DNA of 32,000 bases, taken from an uncultured bacterium (lineage in GTDB: Bacteria > Margulisbacteria > WOR-1 > CAVSGV01). The notes beneath the pieces are model-generated. The model was not told the DNA's origin. It made no database searches and saw only the letters and a list, made by a program, of their open reading frames with translations. The stretch lies in contig OY969425.1 of assembly GCA_963699255.1 (NCBI GenBank), positions 1 through 32,000 on the forward strand. The letters are read 5' to 3'. A program made the translations under genes and the position numbers. How positions within the stretch are numbered: the stretch's first letter is position 1; each line of letters starts with the position of its first letter. Below are positions 19,657 through 29,700 of the stretch, piece by piece.

Positions 19657-21231
19657 TTGGATTACGCGGTCAGCGTCATTAAGAACCAATTTGACAATAA
19701 AACACTGAAGGCCGGAGACAGCATTGACCTGATGAAATACCTTAAATTGCGCGGCAATTCTATGGTCCTTTGCGGAGCGCAATGGGGCGATGAAGGAAAG
19801 GGAAGAATGGCTTACCTCATGGCTTCCTTATTGGGAGCCAAAGCCGTGGTGAGATTCAACGGCGGGCCGAACGCGGGGAAAGTGGTGGAGGCTGAAAATG
19901 GAAGGGTCTTTGAATTGTGCATGCTGCCTGCCGGCGCTCTCAACCCGGACGTGGAAATATACATGGCTCAGGGAACGTACATCAACCTCAAGTATCTTCT
20001 AAAAGAGATTGACGATCTAGAGGCAAACAAAATATCCACCAGGAGGAGAGTGTTCATTGATGACAATTGCAGTTTGGTCCTTCCGTACTACGAAGAATTA
20101 AGCCGGGCAAAAAATATGGAGCGTTCAAAGGCCATATCTTTTAATGCAGGAATGGGAGAAGGAAGCACCGGCATGGGAATGGGCGGGGCGGTGGAAAGTA
20201 ATGATATGCGCCGGGGCATTAAAGTCCATGATCTGTTCGGCGATCCCAAGCAATTACTCTCCAAGATAACTAAAGATTTGATTTTGCAAGAATATAAGAT
20301 CAGGGGATTGCTATTGATAAATAATGATAGCTGGCGTTTTCCTGAAAATTACGCAAAGAACCTTTGTGATGACCTGTTGAAAATGGCGGGAGAGATCAAG
20401 CATATGAGGGCGAATGTAGGCCGAAAGATAGAAAGAACGATTCTGGCCGGCGGGAACATTGTTTTTGAAGGCGTCCAGGCGGCGCTTCTGGATAATGCCT
20501 GGGGCACATATCCAATTAATACAACATCCACCAAAACAACACCAAATAGCATTTATGATGGTTTGAACCTTGATTCAAAATATATGCTGACAAAAGTGGG
20601 TATCGTCAAAAGTTATACTGCCGTAAGAGGGAAGACCCCGCTTCCTACCGAATTAACCGGGGCAGAAGGTGATAAATTAAGTGAAGCGGGAAATGAATAT
20701 GAGGTCAGTTACAAGATAGATCCAGAAGGCACCTTAATAACGGTTTATAATCCCGACGGGAAAACGATAGCTTATGATAAAAGCAAGCGTATCGCTGTGG
20801 GGTGGCAGGATGCCCTGGTTCTTGCAGAGTGCGCAAAGACAGGATTCACGCACTTCGCGCTCACAAAACTGGATGCTCTGGACGGCTTCGATGAAATAAA
20901 GATCGCGACAGCGTACAAATACGAAGGCGATCAGGAATTAAACCCTAGTATTTATGAGGTCGAAGAACACGACGAGGCAACTTTCATCCGATCATATGTC
21001 AAAGACCCGAAAGTACTTAAACACTGCACGCCGATCTATGAGACACTCCCCGGGTGGGCGTCCGAACTTAAAAAAAGAGGGCTTGCATCAATTTCGGAGA
21101 TAAAAAAGTTTGAAGATCTTCCTGCCGCGGCGCAGAACTATGTGAAACGAATAGAAGAGATTCTGGGGCGTCCGATCGTATTTGTCTCTGTCGGCCCCAA
21201 AAAGGACCAATATATTGAAAGAAAATACTAG
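19657..21231 (+). CDS. Divergent adenylosuccinate synthetase (PurA)-like protein, probably altered activity
   Basis: LCGAQWGDEGKGRMAYLMA; RFNGGPNAGKVVE; DMRRGIKVHDLF; GVQAALLDNAWGTYPINTTSTKT; ALTKLDALDGFDEIK; LPGWASEL..AQNYVKRIEEILGRPIVFVSVGPKKD. ORF begins with TTG; true start uncertain. Confidence 0.85.
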   Translation: MDYAVSVIKNQFDNKTLKAGDSIDLMKYLKLRGNSMVLCGAQWGDEGKGRMAYLMASLLGAKAVVRFNGGPNAGKVVEAENGRVFELCMLPAGALNPDVEIYMAQGTYINLKYLLKEIDDLEANKISTRRRVFIDDNCSLVLPYYEELSRAKNMERSKAISFNAGMGEGSTGMGMGGAVESNDMRRGIKVHDLFGDPKQLLSKITKDLILQEYKIRGLLLINNDSWRFPENYAKNLCDDLLKMAGEIKHMRANVGRKIERTILAGGNIVFEGVQAALLDNAWGTYPINTTSTKTTPNSIYDGLNLDSKYMLTKVGIVKSYTAVRGKTPLPTELTGAEGDKLSEAGNEYEVSYKIDPEGTLITVYNPDGKTIAYDKSKRIAVGWQDALVLAECAKTGFTHFALTKLDALDGFDEIKIATAYKYEGDQELNPSIYEVEEHDEATFIRSYVKDPKVLKHCTPIYETLPGWASELKKRGLASISEIKKFEDLPAAAQNYVKRIEEILGRPIVFVSVGPKKDQYIERKY

Positions 21232-21299
21232 AAAAACAGCTCTATATCAAGCGAGGATGATCAAATTGAGCGGGACGCCGCAAAAAAACGGTGAAAAAG

Positions 21300-21327
21300 T
21301 GAAATTTTTATTTATTTATTGCGATAA
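21300..21327 (+). promoter_or_regulatory. Sigma28/FliA-like promoter element, copy 8
   Basis: TGAAATTT-N12-TGCGATAA; 30 nt to the ATG at 21357. Confidence 0.55.
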
Positions 21328-21356
21328 AGTAATTGAAAGAAAAGGGAAACCAATAT

Positions 21357-24300
21357 ATGCCATTTTTTGAACGAATTAAATTCAACAGGACAGATATAAG
21401 AAAGCAAAACGTTGAGCCCCTTAAAATAGGGAAGCAGGCTCCAAAGCTGCATTTGCCGGATCAAGAAATAAGGGTTCGAATTATCCCTGAGATCCATGGC
21501 ATAACGGGGAACATGGAAAACATGAATAATATCGGACGGACCATAAAGATTTCCCAGGATGACGCCACACTGTTCAAGACCCATCCCTGGCTGGAGCAAA
21601 TACCCGAGGACGCGATCTTAAGCGGGGAAACCGCGAAGATATTCAAGAATAAGCTTTCAAAGGTCATTGACGCGATGGACGGCCTGATGCCAAGTATCGG
21701 TGTTACGGGCACTAAATTAAAGAGTATCAGGGTCGCGACAGCGGAATTAAAGAAAATATTTAAGAGATCGGAAGGAAAGACGGTCCGGGACACATGCAAG
21801 GCATTGATCGGCGTATACACCTATTTGGGTGTAAGAGCGGTCGGGACCGTGGCTGTGGTGGGGATCCCGCAAATATCGACAGGTGAAAAGGTGATAGACG
21901 GAATAGCCGCGGCGGCGCTTTTTCTGGGAGAAAGTGTCGTAAGGCTCAGGACAACGATCGGATACCAGCACTCGATCCTGGAAGGATTGGGCAGGGGACC
22001 AAAATATTACGATATAAGCGCGGATGAGAAAGTGCATGCTTCGGGGATCGAATTCAACCCAAATGACCTGGAAAACCCTTTCAAAATATTTACTGACGCG
22101 CCGGAATGCATGTCTGTCCTATATATCAATGAAGAGCCCGGCGTGCTGGAGAGAAGCATTTTCGGGCACTTCTTTATTGAGAACAAGAGGCAAATGATGG
22201 TCGTGAACAGCGGAGGTTATAAGTTCGAGGAGTTCCAGCATATCGTGGATACCGTAAAAAATTGGATAGAAGCAAGAAAGAGCGAGGTACTGTCGGCAAA
22301 AGCTAGGTCCATAAGCTCCCGGGACGCGGAACTGTCGGCCATGGAACTTTTAAAGCTTCTTGTGAACATAAGGACGGAGTGCAAGAGGCTTTCCGATGCC
22401 TACTATGAAACGGCCGTTCAGGATTTTGGCAACATGATAGCGGGCAGCGGCGCGGCGCTAGATAAGGAGCTTGCTCAGCAGATATTGCTGCATACCCGCA
22501 AATGGGACGAGAAGATATCCGCTCTTTATGACCATATAGAAAATTATGAGGGCGGCAATGTAAACGCGGACCAGCTGAGACGCCATATAAGTTCTCACTA
22601 TGACTATCTTGAGCAAAAATTCACTTTTGACATAGTGATCAATTTCCGCAATTTCAAGACCTTTGATGTTGGAACGTATAAAGCCATGTGCGGCGCGATA
22701 GAAACAAGGCTTGCAGGTCAAAATATCGACATGAACGCGCCCGTAGAAAGCGCCTCTTTTAACGCGATAGTAGACAGGATAATCGAGGAGAGCGAAGACA
22801 GGGACAGGCCGGTAAGCTACCTGTTGTCAACGATCCAAATGAACAACGGGAACGTGCGCTATGATCAAACCTCGGCTTCTTATAAATATAATTGCATCAT
22901 CGGCGGAAAGACGAACAAAGCGGTGCTGGATGAGCTTATTATGGAGAATCTTTCAAGAATGGCGTTTGAAGGCGCCTACAAAGCCGGCGCCCGGGCCGAG
23001 GAATATGACCATCTTGGCAGGAAATACGTGAAGGCCGTGAACAGCTACGGTACAAGGTTCCTTGTGACCGTGGATGAATGGCTTGGCGGCATGTCGGATG
23101 TGATACTTGGGCCTGAATTGAGGAGAGCTTCAATTGATCTTGGGAACAATGTGGCCGGACAGCTTCAACTGGATGCCGCAAGGGCAATAGATAAAGAGAC
23201 AGCACAAAGAGCCATAGAAGCGGTGGCATCAAGGACATTGAACAACGGCGGCAACACGACGATCCGCGACAGGCAAAAGATAAGGATAATGGAGAGGATC
23301 GCAAAAGTGTTCATGGAGGATGGCAGGACGACCGGCGATTTCCTGAAAGAAATAGCGGCTGTCGCGCTTTATGATGTGGCGGCTTCTCCGACTTATGATC
23401 CGACATATGAGACCGCGATCGAATGGGCGGCGTATCCCGAAAAGGCGTATATCCTGAGCTATGACAAGGATTATGTCCCGCAGTCCATAGATCCGAACAG
23501 CGGCGAATATAATGATATGGCAAGATTGAGCGTGCCGATGCATGAAAAATGGATCTATGAAGACAACAGGACAAATATAGCTTTGATCCAGCATCCCCAG
23601 TACCAGAAGCATTTTAAAAAAGAAGGCCCCTTAAAAGACGGCGTCAGAATGACTACCGGCAACGGGAAGTACCTGGAGCCGGTGGCAAATTCTTCGGGAT
23701 CGGACCAGCAGGCATGGTACGGCGAGTTTGCCCTGCCAAAGCCGCTTGAAAGGACGCTTAGCAGGTATATCAACAGGAGAACAGGCGTGCAGTTCCTGGA
23801 AAAGGTTGCGAACAAACTTTACAAGGACAAGACCGTTAGAAAGAGCCTTGTCGCGAATATTACAAGGGATATGCGGGAGAATGTGGCTTACAGGATGGAG
23901 AAAGGTATTGACCAGAAGCTGGATTACCTGACCGGGCGGGAGATCATTGAAAGGGTAAAATATTATTCAAGGGATATCATGATCGCCACCGGGATTGGGC
24001 CGGGAAGGGGAAAATTCAACTCGTTCTTCAGCTGCGGTACCAATGAGCTTGAATATGCGGTGGGCATGATGCTTGGTTTTAACAGCCCATATACATATAT
24101 GGTGGACGGTATAACGATGCTCGGGCAGACGACCGTAAGATATAACCCGGACATGGGAAAGATGGAGATACATAATTATGAGCCCAGATTTTCAAATGAT
24201 CTGACATGGATAAGCGAAAGCAATGATCAAAATCACAGGCAAATGCATGAATTGAACGAGTCCGATATGAGGGAAATAAAAGAGGAGTACGAAGTTAACG

Positions 24301-24383
24301 GTAGGACCGTGGCGTTCTTGAATAACAGGGCATATGTGAAATACAACGGTGATGTTGAGAAGGTGATCTGGTGGTATCAGTAA
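21357..24383 (+). CDS. Large protein whose C-terminal third carries the N-terminal half of a processive GT2-like glycosyltransferase
   Basis: ORF 21333..24383 (TTG); ATG at 21357 has SD gggaa. YILSYDKDYVPQ..NIALIQHPQYQKHF resembles DADHVP..VALVQTPQ; FFSCGTNELEYAVGM resembles FFCGSNAVLRREAL. Confidence 0.8.
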   Translation: MPFFERIKFNRTDIRKQNVEPLKIGKQAPKLHLPDQEIRVRIIPEIHGITGNMENMNNIGRTIKISQDDATLFKTHPWLEQIPEDAILSGETAKIFKNKLSKVIDAMDGLMPSIGVTGTKLKSIRVATAELKKIFKRSEGKTVRDTCKALIGVYTYLGVRAVGTVAVVGIPQISTGEKVIDGIAAAALFLGESVVRLRTTIGYQHSILEGLGRGPKYYDISADEKVHASGIEFNPNDLENPFKIFTDAPECMSVLYINEEPGVLERSIFGHFFIENKRQMMVVNSGGYKFEEFQHIVDTVKNWIEARKSEVLSAKARSISSRDAELSAMELLKLLVNIRTECKRLSDAYYETAVQDFGNMIAGSGAALDKELAQQILLHTRKWDEKISALYDHIENYEGGNVNADQLRRHISSHYDYLEQKFTFDIVINFRNFKTFDVGTYKAMCGAIETRLAGQNIDMNAPVESASFNAIVDRIIEESEDRDRPVSYLLSTIQMNNGNVRYDQTSASYKYNCIIGGKTNKAVLDELIMENLSRMAFEGAYKAGARAEEYDHLGRKYVKAVNSYGTRFLVTVDEWLGGMSDVILGPELRRASIDLGNNVAGQLQLDAARAIDKETAQRAIEAVASRTLNNGGNTTIRDRQKIRIMERIAKVFMEDGRTTGDFLKEIAAVALYDVAASPTYDPTYETAIEWAAYPEKAYILSYDKDYVPQSIDPNSGEYNDMARLSVPMHEKWIYEDNRTNIALIQHPQYQKHFKKEGPLKDGVRMTTGNGKYLEPVANSSGSDQQAWYGEFALPKPLERTLSRYINRRTGVQFLEKVANKLYKDKTVRKSLVANITRDMRENVAYRMEKGIDQKLDYLTGREIIERVKYYSRDIMIATGIGPGRGKFNSFFSCGTNELEYAVGMMLGFNSPYTYMVDGITMLGQTTVRYNPDMGKMEIHNYEPRFSNDLTWISESNDQNHRQMHELNESDMREIKEEYEVNGRTVAFLNNRAYVKYNGDVEKVIWWYQ

Positions 24384-25840
24384 AAAAAATCGAGAATAAA
24401 TCGGTCAGGCTCGACTGCCGCAGGGTGGAGCTGGACTATTCGCGCCGTAAGCAGTCCGGAAAAATAATAAAGGATTATAACCCATCGAGCAGCAATTATT
24501 ATGAATTGAAGCTGGGACCGGGAAGGGTGTTCACCGAAAGATTCAGATGTAAAGAGGATAATATTTCCACGATAATAGCGAACCTGAAACTCCAGAGGGA
24601 AATGGTGGGTGTTCCTGATATCGGCGACGGCAGGGGAGGAACGAAGATCATTTCGGTTAAGACTCGCATTGCCGAAATGGTCGCCCAGTACCATTCATTT
24701 AAAGATGACAAGGAATACGTTGAAACTGTATTGACCGCCCCTATCTTTCAGCCGCCAAGCTGGATCACAGAGGACATGATGACCACATATTTCCATTACC
24801 TTACCGGCTGGGACACGGAGATCAATCCTGAGGGCGTTGGGTTTGCGGTCGGGCCTTCGGATTTTGTTGATCTGGCCAAGCAGCATCACAGATGGTTCAA
24901 GGGCGGGCCGGAATGTTATCTGGACATGAAAAAATACCTTGACGCGTACCCGGCGTTGAAACATTCAATGCAGGGGTATTCCATGCAACAGGCGTTCTTA
25001 TGGCCGCTACATACCTTAACCGATGAGCTTCTGTATTATGTGCCGGCCGTTTATTGGGCCGGCCAGATACTCAAGATCGGCGGAAAGATCCTGAAGAAGG
25101 GGATAATCCCGTTTTCAACCAACTGGATCTTTATTCCCGTGTTCGGGTGGTATTTCTACTATACCCTTAAGAACTATATAAGGCCGATGGCTTTAATGGG
25201 GGTCAGTTTCCCCGAATTATGGAGAAAAGAAGCGATGCTTTCCATACAGGGACCTGTTTATGAGGACGCCGTTAAAAAGGCGGTCCTGCGAGAGCCGCTT
25301 GAATTCGCGGCGACGGCGGCCGGAGACAGGAAAATGCTCTCGTATGAATTCCTTAAAGGGATAAAATGGAAAAGGAACCTGAGCAAGGTCACAACGCTTG
25401 TCGGAACAGGTATTTCCGCGGGGCTTGTATATCTGAAAGGCGGCGATCTTGAGTGGCAGACTTATGCCGGCTTAGGGTTCAATGTCCTGTTCCCGCTTTT
25501 AAGATGGGGATTGCTCAGCAGCGGGATAAAAGACCAGTATTCTTACCCCACAAGTTATGACACATACCTGAAGGAAAACCTGGAGCTCGAGGGCGCCGGA
25601 TACATAAAAGTATCCGAACATACCCCCGATACAAGGCTTGTAACCTTTAAGGTGAACAGCAAGCAGGACGCGGAAAGGGCGATAAACAGATTATCGGGTA
25701 ATCTGGGAGCGTTCACCCAGGTGAAGAATTATCTTGCGGGCATTCCGGGCACAGCGGGATTTGCCGAAATAGCAAGCCAGATACTGGCGCCTGATAACGC
25801 GGCCGAACCGAACGGACCCAGACCGTGTACCTGGCGGTGA
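24371..25840 (+). CDS. C-terminal half of the GT2-like glycosyltransferase (TED and QxxRW motifs, transmembrane segments)
   Basis: ITEDMMTTYFHYLTGWDTEINPEGVGFAVGPSDFVDLAKQHHRWFKGG followed by hydrophobic stretches; GTG start, SD-like agaaggtgat, overlaps the previous ORF by 13 nt. Confidence 0.8.
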   Translation: MVSVKKIENKSVRLDCRRVELDYSRRKQSGKIIKDYNPSSSNYYELKLGPGRVFTERFRCKEDNISTIIANLKLQREMVGVPDIGDGRGGTKIISVKTRIAEMVAQYHSFKDDKEYVETVLTAPIFQPPSWITEDMMTTYFHYLTGWDTEINPEGVGFAVGPSDFVDLAKQHHRWFKGGPECYLDMKKYLDAYPALKHSMQGYSMQQAFLWPLHTLTDELLYYVPAVYWAGQILKIGGKILKKGIIPFSTNWIFIPVFGWYFYYTLKNYIRPMALMGVSFPELWRKEAMLSIQGPVYEDAVKKAVLREPLEFAATAAGDRKMLSYEFLKGIKWKRNLSKVTTLVGTGISAGLVYLKGGDLEWQTYAGLGFNVLFPLLRWGLLSSGIKDQYSYPTSYDTYLKENLELEGAGYIKVSEHTPDTRLVTFKVNSKQDAERAINRLSGNLGAFTQVKNYLAGIPGTAGFAEIASQILAPDNAAEPNGPRPCTWR

Positions 25841-26775
25841 AGGTAAAAGAAGGCGGAATATACGAGAGCTTCTCAAGGCATTCAAGGATCGACGGTGATT
25901 TCTATTTCAAGCATGACTATAAGATCCAAAAAAATTACCATGACATGGATAAAGACCTTAAGACCGCCGTATCAAAGGGACGACTGGAAGAGGCATTGGA
26001 TAATTACGACAGGATAGTTAAGGAGAAAAGAAGGAACAGCGCTGAGATCCTGGATGATAAAAAATCATATAAAGCAAAGGTGACCGGCGAGGAAACAGGC
26101 CTGCTTAAATCGGCCATCAGCAAGCTTACTGATAATATTAAAAACGAGAACGACCCGGAAAAGACATATGAGGATATCATGCTTCTTTCCAGGGCTTTTG
26201 TAACGACCGGGCGATACGCTGATTCGGCGGCGCTGCTCCTGAAACTGCTTTCCAAGGGGAATAGCACCATCCCGGTAAAAGGGTTTAAGGATAACGAGCT
26301 TGATGCCGCAACAGGCAAAGCAGCTGACGCGGTGAAAGACAGGAGCGAGATAATAAAAAAGATCCGACAGGCTATATTGCGCGATCCGGCTTCCATGAAC
26401 AAGATCGTGCTGTCAATGAAAACGGATGAGATAAAGGAGATATTCGGTTCGACAGGCGCTGTTTTCAACGGGGTAAGCGCTGAAGATATTTCTGATGTAA
26501 CATCAAATATGACCCTGGAACAGGAAGGCGTATTCATGCAGAGCCTGGTCAATGCGGGATGCGGGGAATTAAAGGACGCATTGATCATAGAGTTCTATGG
26601 AGTGAGCGGAAAGTCCTATGATGAACTTATCGCGTTAACAAAGGAGTTTACGAAGAACGAGCGGGCTATAAGGGACATACTGGACAGAGAAGCGAAAAAG
26701 AAAACGGAAAATATAATGATCAGGATAATCGGTCCTGATATCGCGAAACTATTGCTGACAGGGGGCAAGAAATAA
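25825..26775 (+). CDS. Unknown protein of 316 aa, helical; overlaps the previous ORF by 16 nt
   Basis: Uninterrupted ORF with a GTG start and no clear SD; contains YHDMDKDLKTAVSKGRLEEALDNYDRIVKEK (TPR-like appearance). Confidence 0.65.
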   Translation: MYLAVKVKEGGIYESFSRHSRIDGDFYFKHDYKIQKNYHDMDKDLKTAVSKGRLEEALDNYDRIVKEKRRNSAEILDDKKSYKAKVTGEETGLLKSAISKLTDNIKNENDPEKTYEDIMLLSRAFVTTGRYADSAALLLKLLSKGNSTIPVKGFKDNELDAATGKAADAVKDRSEIIKKIRQAILRDPASMNKIVLSMKTDEIKEIFGSTGAVFNGVSAEDISDVTSNMTLEQEGVFMQSLVNAGCGELKDALIIEFYGVSGKSYDELIALTKEFTKNERAIRDILDREAKKKTENIMIRIIGPDIAKLLLTGGKK

Positions 26776-29700
26776 ATGAGCGACCCACTTAATAAAATAT
26801 CCGGTTCCGGCAGCACGAACAATATCAAAAAAGACGTAAAGCCGGAAAATAAAAAGAAAAAGGATGAAAACATGGATGTTTCTGTAACGTTCATCCCATA
26901 CGGGCCGGATTACGCGGAAGTGGCGGATTGCGCGTTCGTGTTCAATCCAGCGCAGTATATGGCGCAGCATCAGATAACCGGGAAAACCAACAAAACGGAT
27001 GTGTCAGAGGAATCCAGGCTTTTTGTGGCAAATTTCTTCAAGAGCGGCAAGGAAAGCGTGGATAACGCGAACTTAGAATCCAAAACTAATTTTGTTGCTC
27101 CGATCGTTAGCCCCGAACCGTTCATAAGACCGTTCATAAACTCGGCGGTCCCGGATAAAACGTACGTGTACAACGCGGCGCTGGACGCGGTGCAACGCGA
27201 GGAACAAGAACAGTTCGGTAGCTTCAATGCGAAGGTAAAGCCGGTGGAAGGCAAATGCTTACTTGGAGCTTGGTTCGGAGTTTCCCCGGATGAAAATAAT
27301 TCAAAATCTATTTTCGCTGTCCCTACTGTTGTCAGGAGCGTTACTTTTGACCATTCAGACCTGGAAGCCCTAAAAAAGGAAAATCTGGCCAATCTGAAGA
27401 CCATGCTGGAGAAAAAAGGGTATACAGGCAAAACGGCCCTAAAGCCTGAAAAAATAGATTTTATCAAGGCGCAATTGACGCCATATATCTCTTTGGACCT
27501 GGATTCCGCGAAAGATATAACCGCAGATATCCCGATCGAGATGAAGACCGTAAACAAGAAAATATCGACCATGGAAGATTACAGGAAGAAAAGGGATGAT
27601 TTTGCCGCCCTGACCGGCAAGGCCCCGAAAATAGAAATGATGTTCGAAGTGTGGAGCGATACCTGGACATACAATCCATTCCCGGCGGCTTTTTGCACGG
27701 AAGTTGACCAGCATGGTCATATCCCGATGGTGACATGGGGACCTTCGGGGCTGCCGTTCAACCCGACGGATGACAAAAGCACTTACCTGGATGAATTCAA
27801 CAAGCAGCTCGCGAATAAGCACGGCGAAATTTATGAATACGCGAAAAATTGGGCCGAGGAGGCAAAGGAATACGGGAAGCCGTTCTTGCTGAGGCCGTTC
27901 CATGAAATGAACCTGCAGGACAACTGCGAATGGACGGCGTGGATGAACGGAGGAGAAAAAGGAATAGCTAAATTCAAGAAAGCATGGCAAAACCTGTATA
28001 CATTATTCAAGGAAGTGGGGGCGGACAACGCCACATTCGTCTGGTGCCCGAATACCAGGGGATATCCGCTAGAAGATTGGAACAGTAAAGCGCGGGATTA
28101 CTTCCCCGGCGCCGAATATGTGGATTGGCTGGGCGTTGACGGATATCTGAAGTCCGAGATCAAGACAGGAAGCGAATTTCCGAGATTCGCCACGGTTTTT
28201 GGGGCCACGATCGGGAAATCGACCGTTCCAAAAAGCAGGATTGTCGGTATTTTTGGAGCGAAAGATATGTCCTGGCGCCAGTATTTCGTCGATCCGGACG
28301 ATAAGGACATTCTTTTTAAGCCTGATATTGAAAATGAATTAAGAAAACAGGCGAATCCCGGCAAGGACACAAAAGCGGACCCGGTTAAAGCAGAAAGGTC
28401 ACGCAAGCTGCTTAAAATTTATGATGAGATCCCCGAGTTGAGCTTATTGTCCAAACAATACCATAAGCCTTTGATGATATGTGAAACATCTTCAAGGCCG
28501 GACCTGTACAAGGCCGAATATTTCACGCAATTATTTGGCGCTGCGAAAGCATACGACCTGAGCGCGGTGGTCCTGTTCAACCAGAACAAATTAGGGATGG
28601 GCGGAAGCGCAGAGGATGACTGGCTTATTGACGCGCCGATCAAGGGCGAAAAGGAAGAGCTTAGTGCCGAGGCGCAAATACAGCTTGATCAGGCAGCGCG
28701 CGAATCCAAAGAGGCGTGGCAATATGTATTCGATCATCTTAAGGATATGGGTTTACCCGAGCCCACAAAGGTTTTAGTTGCCCCGGAAAGGAATCCGGTG
28801 CTTGAAACATTCAGGAATATCGGGAATGACGGTTCCCTGCTGTTCGACCCAAAGGGAATATCGGTCAATAAAATAGGAGTGAACAACGAAACGCCGCAGG
28901 ATATCAAGATGCCGGAGCGGGAAAAAGATCTGAACATAAAAATAAGAAAGCGCAACACCGAGCTGAAAATTTATCCGCAGGACATTGATATAAGGATGAA
29001 GGTGGGGGAGTATCAGGAAGAACTTTCCGGCTACCAGTACCTTAAAGTAATAAATGAAAAAATCGATCCTAAGGAGGTCCTGAAAAAGATAGGCGAACAG
29101 CATCAGCTGGCCATAAATGAACTTAAAAAAGTGCCCGGATCGGACCGCAATTACCTGAAAGCGCGCGCTGCAATGAAAGAAATCTACGCCTCATGGGATT
29201 CTGACGATAAAGACCTGAAAAAGTACTACAGGGATCAAGCGAAAAAGATATCCCTGGAAATAATAGCATTGACGAAAGACGAAAAATACATCAAGCCTTT
29301 TAGCAATAAAACGGCGCTCAAATTCTTTGACCCCGGGTATACAGAAAGGGAGCTGCTCGGGATGAGGGCTTCCGCTCATGTGACGATAGCGGACATTTAC
29401 GCGGAATGGTCCGAAAAGGAAAATGCGAAAAAAGAATATACAGAAGCTTTGAAGATCCTGAAAAACGAAGAATTCCAGAGAAGCGCGTATAAAGACAAGC
29501 TGGCGAATTCAAGCGCGGAATACCGGCAGGAAAAACATTATCCGGACGCTGGCAGGGACTTTTTGGAGGCGTGCGTTTATCCGGTGAACTGGCTTACCAG
29601 GGATAAGGACAAGGACCTGAAGACAAGCATCGCGATCGGCATGGCGAAAGTGAAGACCCTTGATACTAAAGACACAAAAACCTTTGATGAAGGCATTGAA

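Noticed and set aside
19657-21231. Assignment as PurZ (2-aminoadenylosuccinate synthetase)
   Set aside because: The GDEGKG aspartate that PurZ typically replaces is retained, and the aspartate-binding loop is changed instead; only the analogy to the Z pathway is kept.
24381-24390. A8 homopolymer as a programmed -1 slippery site joining the GT2 halves
   Set aside because: The run begins inside and after the TAA stop of the upstream frame, so a ribosome would terminate first. A shift would have to occur in 24359-24380, which has no canonical X_XXY_YYZ heptamer. Sequencing error remains possible.
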